A stretch of DNA of 64,000 bases from Chloroherpetonaceae bacterium (lineage in GTDB: Bacteria > Bacteroidota > Chlorobiia > Chlorobiales > Thermochlorobacteraceae): positions 876 through 64,875 of the forward strand of contig JBDNCJ010000005.1 in the NCBI GenBank assembly GCA_046719715.1, read 5' to 3'. A program made the position numbers and the translations under genes. The notes under the pieces were generated by a model. The model was not told the DNA's origin, made no database searches, and saw only the letters and a program-made list of their open reading frames with translations. This document shows, piece by piece, positions 34,959 to 45,132 of the stretch (the first letter of the stretch is position 1; each line of letters starts with the position of its first letter).

Positions 34959-35489
34959 AGCAGAGTTACAGTTGTTAAAGTTGTTTGGTGTATTCGGAAC
35001 TACAAAAAAGCATCTCAACTGACTTTGAACGACAAAGCCAACTACAAACATGGACATCAAGTCTAAACTGCTGACCTCATGCCAGAAAATTCTGCACTCG
35101 ATGACCTTTACTCGGTTATCAAGAGCATTAAAGCGCGTTCATTTTTTTACGGAGTAAGGATAGGAGTGCGTTGTATTACTGATGCAAAACTAAAACGATG
35201 AACTTAAACATGCATTACGGGATTTTTACGGTGTTCTAAGTGATTATTTCAAGAGGACTTATGGGGATTTGAGAGATGAAAATTAGAATTGAATCAAAAA
35301 GGAGACAAGATTTTGCTTGTGTTTCAGGCGCAGTTTTAAGCGAATAATTTTGTGTTTATAGGTTGTGCGTATCAAGCCGATTCAGCAGTTAGGGTTTGAG
35401 ATGTGTTTTTAAGGAAGATAAATGTGGTGCGTCAAAAAGGAAAAAGCGTAATTCTCCATAAATTGCGCGAAGCAAAACCACTTTTCAAT

Positions 35490-36686
35490 ATGAAGTCAAA
35501 CCGCGAGCGCACTGAAACGACGCTCATTCACGGTGGAAGCGCGATAAATGAAACAAACGCCGTTGTTCCGCCGATTTGGCAAACCAGCACCTATAAAGCC
35601 CCCGACGACCCCGAAGCCTTTTCGGCGCTGGCGGCAAGCACGAACCCAAGCGAATTTTACTCGCGACACGGCAATCCAACCAACAAGCAAATTGAAGAAA
35701 TTTTAGCGACGCTCGAGGGCACGGAATCAGCAATGCTGACGAGTTCGGGCATGGGCGCGATTTCAACAGTGGTGCTTTCGCAAGTCAAGGCGGGCGAGCA
35801 TGTGGTGGCGCAGTCCTCGCTCTATGCGGCAACGATGGTGCTTCTTCGCGATGTGCTTCCGAAGTGGAACATCGAAGTCAGTTTTGTGAATCAAACCGAC
35901 AACGCCGCCTTCGAAGCGGCAATAAGACCGAACACAAAACTTATCTATGTCGAAACACCGTCCAATCCGATGATGCGTCTCACAGACCTTGCCTTTATCG
36001 GCAAACTTGGACATGCACGCAACATCATCACCGTTTGCGACAACACCTTTGCAACTCCGCTTAACCAACGACCGCACGATTTTGGAATTGATGCCATTGT
36101 GCATAGCGCAACGAAATACTTGGGCGGACACAGCGACCTCACCGCTGGCGCAATTTGCGCCTCAAAATCTATCGTTGAAGACTGTTGGAAAATGATGATT
36201 GTGCTGGGCGCACCGCTTGCCTCGTTTGATGCGTGGCTTTTGCTTCGCGGCTTACGCACGCTTTCGCTTCGAGTCAAAACGCATAACGAAAATGCGTATC
36301 GGCTTGCTCTATTTTTGGAATCGCACCCAAAAATTGAGCGCGTGCATTTTCCGTTTCTTCAATCGCACCCACAGCACGGATTAGCAAAAGCACAAATGCA
36401 CGGCTGTTCAGGCATGATGAGCGTTGAAGTGAAGGGCGAAACAGAAGAAGAGCGATTTGAACGCGCTCAACACTTGATTAAGCGGCTGAAACTTGCCGTC
36501 AATGCCGTGAGTTTGGGCGGCGTGGAAACGCTTGTCGTCCACCCCGCCTCAATGTGGCGGTATCACTACACCGATGAGCAGCGACGGGCGGCGGGAATTG
36601 ACACGGGATTGGTTCGGCTTTCGGTCGGCATCGAGCATAGTGATGATTTGATTTCGGATTTCGAGCAGGCTTTGTCGGAAGCATGA
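35490..36686 (+). CDS. Cys/Met-metabolism PLP-dependent enzyme (cystathionine gamma-synthase / beta-lyase / methionine gamma-lyase family)
   Basis: TLIHGG, YSRHGNPT, the PLP-lysine context HSATKYLGGHSD and RLSVGIE. I prefer the ATG at 35490 (MKSNRERTETTLIHGG); the track ORF begins at 35403. Confidence 0.85.
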   Translation: MKSNRERTETTLIHGGSAINETNAVVPPIWQTSTYKAPDDPEAFSALAASTNPSEFYSRHGNPTNKQIEEILATLEGTESAMLTSSGMGAISTVVLSQVKAGEHVVAQSSLYAATMVLLRDVLPKWNIEVSFVNQTDNAAFEAAIRPNTKLIYVETPSNPMMRLTDLAFIGKLGHARNIITVCDNTFATPLNQRPHDFGIDAIVHSATKYLGGHSDLTAGAICASKSIVEDCWKMMIVLGAPLASFDAWLLLRGLRTLSLRVKTHNENAYRLALFLESHPKIERVHFPFLQSHPQHGLAKAQMHGCSGMMSVEVKGETEEERFERAQHLIKRLKLAVNAVSLGGVETLVVHPASMWRYHYTDEQRRAAGIDTGLVRLSVGIEHSDDLISDFEQALSEA

Positions 36687-36724
36687 GAGATGCTATTGCC
36701 TTACAGATTCTGACTGAACTGTTA

Positions 36725-37498
36725 CTACAATACGCGCTGAACCTCAGAGAGTGGCAGATTGAGTTTTTCAGCAATCGCCTCGTTGCTCAACCCCAATTCT
36801 CGCAAAATCGGAACGGTGGCAAGTTTGCCTTCCAACCTGCCCTCTTCTTTACCTTCAAACTTACCTTCTTCTCTGCCTTCTTCAAACGCTTCTCGGTAAA
36901 ACGCCGTCTCTTTCAACCCAAGTTCTTCTTGAATCTTCAACATCTTTCGTATCTCCTCTCTGGTTAAGGTTCTGAATTTGTAACTCAAAATCTGTTCAAT
37001 CAAATCCAACTCCAACACGCTCGCTCTCTGTGCCAATCTCTGCGCTCGCTCTCCCGCCTCCTCTCCTTTCGCAATCAATAACTCATAGAGCGCAACCGCG
37101 TTTGAATCCGACTCTGTCAATTCGTCCAAATATATCCGTTTCACCCGCTTCAGCGCAAGCAAATCGGCATATGGCTCAATCGCTTTTTGCTCCACGCTTC
37201 GTGAAGGATAAATCACAACCGCTTGCCACTTTGCCGTTGGATACTGTTTGAGGTAGAGAAAGATTTCGGCAAAAAATCGGGCGTAGAATTGCTCATCGGG
37301 TTGAAATTGCGCTTCAACGAAGTAAGTAACATCATCGGAATTTGGAACAAAGACGCCGTCGATGCGGAAGGCGGTTTCTTTGAGTTCAACGGATTTGAAT
37401 TGGTAACGCAAAGCGTCGTCGGGATTTCTACCGATGAGCGAGAAGAAGCCTTGCGGCAAGAGTTGAAGCAGAAGGTAGATGAGTTTATCGGTGCGCAT
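36725..37498 (-). CDS. DUF2887/DUF4351 (Rpn-like PD-(D/E)xK) protein
   Basis: N-terminus MRTDKLIYLLLQ..P..F; core ETAFRIDGVF...YFVEAQFQ.D; C-terminus EEGR.EGK...L....GLS.E.IAE.L.L is DUF4351-like. Confidence 0.7.
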   Translation of the reverse strand: MRTDKLIYLLLQLLPQGFFSLIGRNPDDALRYQFKSVELKETAFRIDGVFVPNSDDVTYFVEAQFQPDEQFYARFFAEIFLYLKQYPTAKWQAVVIYPSRSVEQKAIEPYADLLALKRVKRIYLDELTESDSNAVALYELLIAKGEEAGERAQRLAQRASVLELDLIEQILSYKFRTLTREEIRKMLKIQEELGLKETAFYREAFEEGREEGKFEGKEEGRLEGKLATVPILRELGLSNEAIAEKLNLPLSEVQRVL

Positions 37499-37634
37499 GA
37501 CGATTTTATTTTTGAAAAGGGCACGCGAAACATCGTTCTATTTGCCTACCTCTGAAACTTACGCTATTTTCCGCGCTTACATTGAAAACACAAATGTGAA
37601 ATCATTTTATCCCGAAAATTTCAGTCAATTCTAA

Positions 37635-39299
37635 ATGAAGAAACAGATTTTAATGAACCAACAAGGCGACGAGATTCAAGTTGCGATTGTTGAGGACGGA
37701 AAATTAGCGGAACTGTTTATTGATAGGCCAGATCGCTCGCGAACAGTCGGCGATATTTATTTGGGGCGCGTGCAAAAAGTCGTCGAGGGTTTGCAAGCCG
37801 CCTTCATTGACATTGGGCAAGAGCAAGATGGGTTTTTGCACTTTTCCGACGTCGGCACAACGAGCGAAGATTATCGTGCGCTTGTCGGCGACGATTTTGA
37901 CGAAGACGATGAAGACGACGACGACGACGAGCCAGCCGCCCAGCAACCCCAAGCCAAAAGCCGACCGCAACAAAATGGACAAGGGAGTGCGGCAACCGCG
38001 CAAGATCGACGCGCCGACGCATTGCGCGAGAAGCGGCAATCCTACACGCAGATGATTGCAGGCAAACTCAAGCCCAACGACAGCATTTTGGTGCAGGTCA
38101 TCAAAGAACCGATTAGCACCAAAGGGTCGCGGCTCACGAGCGACATCACGATTGCGGGGCGATTCATGGTGCTCTTGCCGTTTGGACAAGGCAACATCGC
38201 CGTCTCAAAGCGAATTATGAACCGCCGCGAACGTAAGCGGCTCAAAGGCATCGTGCGTTCCATGCTTCCGAACCGAAACTTCGGCGCGATTGTGCGAACC
38301 GTCGCCGAAGAGCAAGACGAGCAACTGCTCCGCACCGACTTGGAAATTTTGCTCAATAAATGGAAGCAAATTGAAGAAGCGGTCAAATCTTCACAACCGC
38401 CGAAAGTCATCTTCAAAGAAGATAACCTCGTTGCCTCCGCGTTGCGCGACTACATGACCGAAGATGTCAATGAAATCGTAACCAATTCGCCGAGCATTCA
38501 CAAAGAAGTGATGAGTTTTATTCGTTGGGCGGCACCTGAAATGGAAAAGAAAGTTCAACTCTACAAAGGACGCCTGCCGCTCTACGAAAGTTACAGCATC
38601 GCCAAAGACGTGGAATCAATTTTCTCGCGCAAAGTGTGGCTTAAATCAGGTGGGTATTTGATTATCGAGCACACCGAAGCAATGGTGGTGATTGACGTCA
38701 ATAGCGGACGCTTCGCCGCCAAGCGCGAGCAGGAGGAAAATTCGCTCCGCACCAATATGGAAGCCGCCAAGGAAATCGCTCGACAACTCCGACTACGCGA
38801 CATCGGGGGCATTATCGTCGTCGATTTCATCGACTTGCTCGACGACCGCAACGCGAAAAAAGTCTATGAAACCATCAAGCAAGAGTTTCGCCGCGACCGC
38901 GCCAAATCGAACATCTTGCCGATGTCGGATTTCGGCATTATGCAAATCACCCGCGAGCGCGTGCGTCCAAGCCTGATGCAACGCATGGGCGACCAATGCC
39001 CCGCCTGCGGCGGCACCGGCATTGTGCAAGCGCGAAAAACCACCGTCCACCAAATTGACCGATGGCTTCGCAAATTCGCGCTCAACACCAAAGGCGGATT
39101 CCAAAAAATCGACCTCTACATCAGCCCTACGCTCATCGAGCCGCTCTACAAAGACCAGCAGTTGAAGCCCGAATACAAATGGTTTCTTCAACATCTCGTC
39201 GTTGTAAAAGTTAAACAAGATGAAAGTTTGAGAAGCGACGACTTTCGATTTGTTCTACCCAAAACGGGCGTCGACATTACCCAAGAATTTTCGCTTTAA
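37635..39299 (+). CDS. rng: ribonuclease E/G family protein (RNase G-like)
   Basis: An S1 domain ([23 protein letters not shown]), [12 protein letters not shown], the catalytic region VVIDVNSG and a Zn-link CPACGGTG. It carries an acidic/Q-rich insert. Confidence 0.85.
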   Translation: MKKQILMNQQGDEIQVAIVEDGKLAELFIDRPDRSRTVGDIYLGRVQKVVEGLQAAFIDIGQEQDGFLHFSDVGTTSEDYRALVGDDFDEDDEDDDDDEPAAQQPQAKSRPQQNGQGSAATAQDRRADALREKRQSYTQMIAGKLKPNDSILVQVIKEPISTKGSRLTSDITIAGRFMVLLPFGQGNIAVSKRIMNRRERKRLKGIVRSMLPNRNFGAIVRTVAEEQDEQLLRTDLEILLNKWKQIEEAVKSSQPPKVIFKEDNLVASALRDYMTEDVNEIVTNSPSIHKEVMSFIRWAAPEMEKKVQLYKGRLPLYESYSIAKDVESIFSRKVWLKSGGYLIIEHTEAMVVIDVNSGRFAAKREQEENSLRTNMEAAKEIARQLRLRDIGGIIVVDFIDLLDDRNAKKVYETIKQEFRRDRAKSNILPMSDFGIMQITRERVRPSLMQRMGDQCPACGGTGIVQARKTTVHQIDRWLRKFALNTKGGFQKIDLYISPTLIEPLYKDQQLKPEYKWFLQHLVVVKVKQDESLRSDDFRFVLPKTGVDITQEFSL

Positions 39300-39307
39300 A
39301 TTCAATT

Positions 39308-40165
39308 ATGCACAGCATTGAGTTTCTAAAATCCGAAATAGAACGGCTTTCGCCATTAGCATTGGAAACGCTTCGGCACGAGCGCGAAGCACGCACCATT
39401 TTCAACGAGTTTCTGAATCGGCTGAATCAGGGTGAGTTGCGTGCCGCTCAAAAAATGAACGGCAGTTGGACCGTCAACCACTGGGTCAAGCAAGGCATTT
39501 TGTTAGGCTTTCGTTTGGGAGAACTGCGAAAAGTGGAAGTCGGCAGCGAACCCAAACAACTCACCTTCATTGATAAAGACACCTATCCCGTCCGACATTA
39601 TCAAGAGACCGACAAAGTGCGTATTGTGCCCGGCGGCACGGCGATTCGAAGCGGGGCGTATCTTGCGCCATCGGTAGTGGTGATGCCGCCTGCCTACATC
39701 AATGTTGGTGCCTTTGTTGATGAAGGCACAATGATTGATTCGCATGCGCTCGTCGGCAGTTGTGCGCAAGTGGGAAAGCGCGTGCATCTTTCGGCGGCGT
39801 CGCAACTCGGCGGCGTGCTCGAGCCTATCGGCGCACTGCCCGTGATTGTGGAAGACGATGTCATGATTGGCGGAAACTGCGGCATCTACGAAGGCACAAT
39901 TATCGAGGAAAAAGCCGTGATTGGAACAGGGGTAATCTTGAACGGCTCAACGCCCGTTTATGACGTCGTGCAAGAGCGCATCTTGCGAAAAACCGCCGAA
40001 CAGCCCCTCGTCATTCCAAAGGGAGCGGTCGTGGTTGCCGGCGCGCGCGCCATCAAAAACGCATTTGCCGAAGCGCACGGACTTTCGATTTACACGCCCA
40101 TCATCATTAAGTATCGGGACGAAAAAACGGATAAAGCAACGTCTTTGGAAGAGTTGCTCCGCTAA
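39308..40165 (+). CDS. dapD: 2,3,4,5-tetrahydropyridine-2,6-dicarboxylate N-succinyltransferase
   Basis: [16 protein letters not shown], then left-handed beta-helix hexapeptide repeats ([29 protein letters not shown]...). Confidence 0.85.
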   Translation: MHSIEFLKSEIERLSPLALETLRHEREARTIFNEFLNRLNQGELRAAQKMNGSWTVNHWVKQGILLGFRLGELRKVEVGSEPKQLTFIDKDTYPVRHYQETDKVRIVPGGTAIRSGAYLAPSVVVMPPAYINVGAFVDEGTMIDSHALVGSCAQVGKRVHLSAASQLGGVLEPIGALPVIVEDDVMIGGNCGIYEGTIIEEKAVIGTGVILNGSTPVYDVVQERILRKTAEQPLVIPKGAVVVAGARAIKNAFAEAHGLSIYTPIIIKYRDEKTDKATSLEELLR

Positions 40166-40191
40166 CAACATTGCAAAACAAAGGAGAAACC

Positions 40192-41067
40192 ATGTGCCGA
40201 TTAGGAATTTATCGTGGCAAGCCGATTACGCTCAAACGCTTCATCTTTGACCCACCACACAACTTCGTCGAGCAAGCGCGCACGCCGCGCGAAATGATTA
40301 TCACGCCCATCAACGTCGATGGCTATGGACTGGCATGGTATAACCGCGACATTCACCCTGAACCTGCCGTGATGAAATCGGAAAAACCGTTTTGGCACGA
40401 CATCAACGCGGCAAACATTTCTGGGAAAATCATCTCGGATACCATCTTTATGCACATTCGCGCCGCCTCGCCCGGCTTGCCTGTTCATCAAGCCAATGCA
40501 CACCCGTTTCAGTTTAAAGAGCAAATTTTCATGCACAACGGCATCGTGAGCGATTTCAAAAAGGGCTTTATGCGCTCTATCCGACAAATGATTTCCGACA
40601 CTTTTTATCCGCACTTGCAAGGCACGACCGATTCGGAGCATATCTTCAATTTGTATCTCACCATTCGCGAAGAACAGCCGAAACTCACCATGCGCGAAGC
40701 CGTGCTCGAACTCTTTGAACGGCTAAATCATCTCGGCAAAAAACACGAGGCGGATTTAATTTTAAACTTCGGATTTACCGACGGCGAAACCACCGTCGCC
40801 ACGTGCTATACGAACATTGACAAATCCGCAACGCTTTATTACACCACATCGAGCACGTTCTTTCCCGATGCTGTCGTCGTTGCGTCTGAACCGCTTGATT
40901 ATCGCGACACAAGTTGGCAGAAATTTCCAATTAACCACTTGGTAGAAATCAACGAAGCACATCAATTCCAATTCGCGCCAATTCCAAATCCGTTCTTCAA
41001 AGAAGGCGCACTGCCGGCGGCGAAACCCGTTACGCTGAAAATTTCAATGCCAACCGAAGCCGATTAA
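40192..41067 (+). CDS. class II (Ntn) glutamine amidotransferase, EgtC/YafJ-like
   Basis: The start MCRLG places the nucleophile Cys at position 2 and is preceded by AAAGGAG. NVDGYGLAWY and HIRAAS..... fit the GATase_4/6 type. Confidence 0.75.
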   Translation: MCRLGIYRGKPITLKRFIFDPPHNFVEQARTPREMIITPINVDGYGLAWYNRDIHPEPAVMKSEKPFWHDINAANISGKIISDTIFMHIRAASPGLPVHQANAHPFQFKEQIFMHNGIVSDFKKGFMRSIRQMISDTFYPHLQGTTDSEHIFNLYLTIREEQPKLTMREAVLELFERLNHLGKKHEADLILNFGFTDGETTVATCYTNIDKSATLYYTTSSTFFPDAVVVASEPLDYRDTSWQKFPINHLVEINEAHQFQFAPIPNPFFKEGALPAAKPVTLKISMPTEAD

Positions 41068-41090
41068 ACCAAGAGACCTGAACCGAATCC

Positions 41091-41837
41091 ATGAGCCAAG
41101 AAATCGTCTACGGGCGCAACGCCGTTGCAGAACTGCTGAACTCAAATCCCGACCGCATTTCAAAAATTTATTTCCAATTCAACACCGACGAAAAGCGGAT
41201 TCTGGAACTCTTTATCAAAGCCAAGCAACATCAAATTTCCATCGGCAAAGCCAGCAACCAGAAACTCGGCGACCTTGCCAAAACAAACAAGCACCAAGGC
41301 GTCGTGGCACTCACCAGCGACGTGCAAATGATTGAGCTTGACGACCTCCTTCAAGATGAATCGCTCAAACCGTTTTTCTTCGTCTTGCTCGACAACCTCG
41401 AAGACCCACACAACTTAGGCGCAATCATTCGCACCGCCGAATGTGCCGGCGCAACGGCGATTTTGCTTCCAAAAGACAACGCCATTCCGATTAATTCAAC
41501 TGTTCATAAAACCTCCGCAGGTGCAGTCTCACATGCACGGCTCTGCCGAATCGGCAATGTGGCGCAAACGATTGAACGGCTCAAAAAGCAAGGTATATGG
41601 GTAGTTGGAGCCGATATGAAAGCCAAGAAAACTTACACCGAGTTTGATTTCACAATGAACACTTGCATCGTCATCGGCTCGGAAGGCAAAGGCATGAGAG
41701 ACCTCGTGAAAAAAAGTTGTGATGAATTAGTGTCAATTCCAATGCGCGGTAAAACAAGTTCGCTTAACGCAAGCGTTTCCGCCGCCGTCATGCTCTACGA
41801 AGTGGTGCGACAACGACAACTTGCAACGAAGCCATGA
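41091..41837 (+). CDS. rlmB: SpoU/TrmH-family 23S rRNA 2'-O-methyltransferase (RlmB-like)
   Basis: An N-terminal substrate-binding domain (YGRNAVAELL), DNLEDPHNLGAIIRTA, IGSEGKGM and SLNASVSAAVMLYE. Confidence 0.8.
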   Translation: MSQEIVYGRNAVAELLNSNPDRISKIYFQFNTDEKRILELFIKAKQHQISIGKASNQKLGDLAKTNKHQGVVALTSDVQMIELDDLLQDESLKPFFFVLLDNLEDPHNLGAIIRTAECAGATAILLPKDNAIPINSTVHKTSAGAVSHARLCRIGNVAQTIERLKKQGIWVVGADMKAKKTYTEFDFTMNTCIVIGSEGKGMRDLVKKSCDELVSIPMRGKTSSLNASVSAAVMLYEVVRQRQLATKP

Positions 41838-42736
41838 CCGAATTAGTGAAAAAGCCGCTTCGCGCGTTATTTCGCGCAGCAACTCGACTTTATCCGCGCG
41901 AGTATGGCAAGTATTCGCTGTTGATGAAATTTTATTTCCCATATCTTGCACCTCTGCCGCCGTCGAGAGAAGTCGTTACGCTCAGTAGTGGAATTCGAAT
42001 GGACTTGGAACTCAACGAGTATGTGCAATCGCAACTTTACCTCTTTGGCAACTTTGAGCCTGCAACGGTCAAAGTGCTGAAACGGCTTCTCAAATCAGGC
42101 GATATGGTGTTGGATATTGGCGCGAATGTCGGATACATTGCGTTGGAAATGGCAAAGTGCGTCGGAGCGTCGGGCAAGGTCTTCGCCTTTGAGCCTGATG
42201 CAAAAAACTTTGCCTTGCTCAAACGCAATCTCGAGCTCAATCCCGACTGCAACATTGAGCCGATTGCGCTTGCCGTTTCTGACACCAACGCGCCACTTCG
42301 ACTTTACAAATCAATCATTGATTTCAACGACAGCGCACACTCGACCTTGCCGAGCGAAAAGCACTCCGTCGACTTCATCGAGATTCCGACGACGACGATT
42401 GACGACTTCGTTCAATCACGCGGCGTTCAAAAACTCAATGCGATTAAAATCGATATCGAAGGCGCGGAAATGAGCGCGTTCAGAGGCATGCGCCAAACGC
42501 TTTCCCGCTTTCGCCCGATTGTGATTTCTGAACTCTGCGCCGAGCACCAAGCGCGTGCAGGCTACACGACACAATCCGTCAAGGAATGGATAGCGACGAA
42601 TGTTCAAATGCAACCCTTCAAAATTTCTGAATCTGGAACCTTGCATAAGGTCAAACTTGAAGAGGAACATGTTGCGGACAACGTCGCCTTCATACCCAGC
42701 GAACGCATTCGTGAAGTTCAACCGCTCATCTCATAA
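41834..42736 (+). CDS. FkbM-family methyltransferase
   Basis: VLDIGANVGYIALEMA, KVFAFEPD and IKIDIEGAEM. The start overlaps the rlmB stop (ATGA). Confidence 0.75.
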   Translation: MTELVKKPLRALFRAATRLYPREYGKYSLLMKFYFPYLAPLPPSREVVTLSSGIRMDLELNEYVQSQLYLFGNFEPATVKVLKRLLKSGDMVLDIGANVGYIALEMAKCVGASGKVFAFEPDAKNFALLKRNLELNPDCNIEPIALAVSDTNAPLRLYKSIIDFNDSAHSTLPSEKHSVDFIEIPTTTIDDFVQSRGVQKLNAIKIDIEGAEMSAFRGMRQTLSRFRPIVISELCAEHQARAGYTTQSVKEWIATNVQMQPFKISESGTLHKVKLEEEHVADNVAFIPSERIREVQPLIS

Positions 42737-42750
42737 CCTTGAAGCCAACG

Positions 42751-43539
42751 ATGATTGAAACCACAGACGAGAAACTCAAAACCACCGTTCACGACTATTG
42801 GAACAGACAACCGTGCGGCACACAATTCACGAGCGACGAGCGCGGCACGAAAGAATTTTTCGATGGCGTTGAAAGGCATCGCTATGCCACACAGCCCTAC
42901 GCCGAATCGCTCTGTAAATTCAAGGCGTTTCGCGGAAAAACCTTGCTCGAAATCGGGTGCGGATTGGGAACTGATTTGCTTCAGTTTGCGCGCAATGGTG
43001 CCATCGTTACAGGCGTCGATTTGACCGAAGAAAGCATTGCCCTCGCACAAAAACGCTTCGATCTTTACGGCGTGCAAGGCACCTTTCGCACCGCCGACGC
43101 TGAAAACCTACCTTTTGCGGACAACTCATTCGACGTGGTCTATTCCTTCGGCGTATTGCATCACACGCCAAACACGCAAAAAGCCATTGATGAAGTTTAT
43201 CGCGTGCTCAAACCCGGCGGCGAAATCGTCGTGATGCTCTATCACAAACACTCGCTTCACGTGTGGCTGGGCGTGCCGCTCTACTTTCTTTACGGTTTAA
43301 CAAAAGGCAAACTGTGGGGCTATGACGAGTGGGTGCGCATTTACGACGGCAAACAAAATCCGCTCGGCAAAGCCTATTCTCGTAGCGAGTTAAGAAAGAT
43401 GTTTTCAAAGTTTAGCGGGGTGAACTTCAAAGTGTGCGACAACCTGCGTCCGCGATTTCCGAAATGGCTCAATGCGCTCAATCAAGCCGTGTTTGCAAAT
43501 TGGGCGGGTTTTTACATCATGATTTATGGCAAGAAGTAA
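42751..43539 (+). CDS. class I SAM-dependent methyltransferase
   Basis: LLEIGCGLGTDLL (motif I), FDVVYSFGVLHH and LKPGG. The ATG is at 42751; the track TTG is at 42739. Confidence 0.75.
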   Translation: MIETTDEKLKTTVHDYWNRQPCGTQFTSDERGTKEFFDGVERHRYATQPYAESLCKFKAFRGKTLLEIGCGLGTDLLQFARNGAIVTGVDLTEESIALAQKRFDLYGVQGTFRTADAENLPFADNSFDVVYSFGVLHHTPNTQKAIDEVYRVLKPGGEIVVMLYHKHSLHVWLGVPLYFLYGLTKGKLWGYDEWVRIYDGKQNPLGKAYSRSELRKMFSKFSGVNFKVCDNLRPRFPKWLNALNQAVFANWAGFYIMIYGKK

Positions 43540-43948
43540 CTTGAACTTGCTACTCCTTCTAAGCGGAAACGGCACAAAAATTCTTCAAGCGCATGGCTTG
43601 TCGCCAAGCGAGACAGATGTCATCAAAATTGATGAGAAAGTCTTTGCATCGCCAAGGGCGGTCTGGCATCTCATTCGCACCAAACCTTACCGTGCGCTTT
43701 ACTTTGGGTGCGACCGTCTATGGGCGCATCGCTTTGCTTTCGTTCAAAAACTGTTTATCGCCATCACAACACGGCGCGGCGGAATCGTCGATGAAATCGG
43801 CGCGAAATCGTCATACACCGCCTTGCAGTTTCTTTTGGTGGAAATGCCGTTGTTCTTGCTTGAACTGCTTGTGAGCCTTCTTGTTGTAGTTTGGTTTCAT
43901 GGTCAAATTTTTTTTGACAGACGTGCCTTTTGCAAAGTTCGCCGATGA
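43526..43948 (+). CDS. hypothetical protein (C-terminal TM segment)
   Basis: 140-aa ORF whose start overlaps the upstream gene by 14 nt and whose stop overlaps the GT4 start (ATGA). The translational-coupling context supports it as a real gene. Confidence 0.35.
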   Translation: MARSNLNLLLLLSGNGTKILQAHGLSPSETDVIKIDEKVFASPRAVWHLIRTKPYRALYFGCDRLWAHRFAFVQKLFIAITTRRGGIVDEIGAKSSYTALQFLLVEMPLFLLELLVSLLVVVWFHGQIFFDRRAFCKVRR

Positions 43949-45132
43949 AGGTGTTTTTTTTCAGGACGGAATACTTCGGGGCAACAACCGAAGGCGGCTC
44001 GCTGGCTGTTACCAAAGGCTTCACCGACGGATTGTTAAAACTGGGACATGTGCCTATCGTCGCGGCAAATCGAGCGCTTCCTCTCTCTCAACATGTCAAG
44101 CAATACACAATCCCTTATCCCGCGTTCTTTAAGAATTTACCCGAAGTGCTGTTTTTCCCTTACAACCGAAAATCGTTTCGCGAAGCCCAAAAAATCATTA
44201 AGCGTGAACAGCCGAACTTTCTCTACCAACGCCACAGCATTTTCAACTATGCGGGTGCGCTCCTAAAGCGCGAAATGGGGATTCCGTTTCTCTTGCAAGT
44301 CGAGGGGTCGGAAGTGTGGGTGAAAAAAAATTGGGGAAAGACGTATTTCGCCAAAGCGTTGGAGTGGTCGGAGGAAATTCAGTTTGAGCAAGCCGATGCA
44401 ATTGTGGTGGTCTCGTCGGTGTTGAAGTCGCAATTGGTTGAACTCGGCGCAAGTGCGGAAAAAATCACGGTGATTCCCAACGGCGTCGATGCCGAGCGAT
44501 ATTCGCCTGATATTTCCGGCGAAGCCGTGCGCAAAAAATTAGGATTGGAAGAAGCATTCGTAATTGGCTACGCCGGCACATTTGGGCACTGGCACGGGAT
44601 TACAGTGCTTGCGAAGGCAGTCAAAGAGATTGTGGGGAGCATTCCAAAGGCACATGTGCTCCTTATTGGCGACGGCGTTTTGCGTGGCGAAGTCGAGGCG
44701 ATTTTAAGAAAAGACGGCGTTCAACACAAAGCAACGATTACAGGAATGATGCCAAGTGAGACGGTGCCTGAATACCTTGCCGCCTGCGACGCGCTCGTGA
44801 TTTCCGCAATTAACAATCCCGATGTGCCGTTCTTCCAAAGTCCTATCAAACTCTTCGAGTATATGGCGATGCAAAAGCCAGTGGTTGCCTCGCGTGTCGG
44901 TCAAATTCAAGAGGTGATTCAGGACGGAGTTAATGGACTGCTGGTCGAGGAGAACGCTCCGTCGGAACTTGCGGCGGCACTGTGCCGACTTGCAAAAGAC
45001 GAGTCACTTTGTAGAAGTCTCGCAAAGAATGCACGCCGTGATGTGGTTGAAAAATATGCATGGCAAGAAAACGCGCGCTCGGTCTTGAAGGTCTACGAAA
45101 CCGTCACGAAACAACTTCACCAAAAACGTTGA
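43945..45132 (+). CDS. glycosyltransferase family 4 (GT-B)
   Basis: GG....V..F...L..LGH at the N-terminus, and a C-terminal EGFG-like region (F.SPIKLFEYMAMQKPVVASRVG...V..GVNGLL). Confidence 0.8.
   Translation: MKVFFFRTEYFGATTEGGSLAVTKGFTDGLLKLGHVPIVAANRALPLSQHVKQYTIPYPAFFKNLPEVLFFPYNRKSFREAQKIIKREQPNFLYQRHSIFNYAGALLKREMGIPFLLQVEGSEVWVKKNWGKTYFAKALEWSEEIQFEQADAIVVVSSVLKSQLVELGASAEKITVIPNGVDAERYSPDISGEAVRKKLGLEEAFVIGYAGTFGHWHGITVLAKAVKEIVGSIPKAHVLLIGDGVLRGEVEAILRKDGVQHKATITGMMPSETVPEYLAACDALVISAINNPDVPFFQSPIKLFEYMAMQKPVVASRVGQIQEVIQDGVNGLLVEENAPSELAAALCRLAKDESLCRSLAKNARRDVVEKYAWQENARSVLKVYETVTKQLHQKR

Noticed and set aside
35116-35125. TTATCAAGAG, identical to the start of the SAM-I (S-box) riboswitch consensus, upstream of a methionine-pathway gene
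   Set aside because: The conserved downstream core (GG.GGAGGGA...GGCCC...GGCAACC) is absent, and the site is about 370 nt from the start codon. I judge it a chance match.
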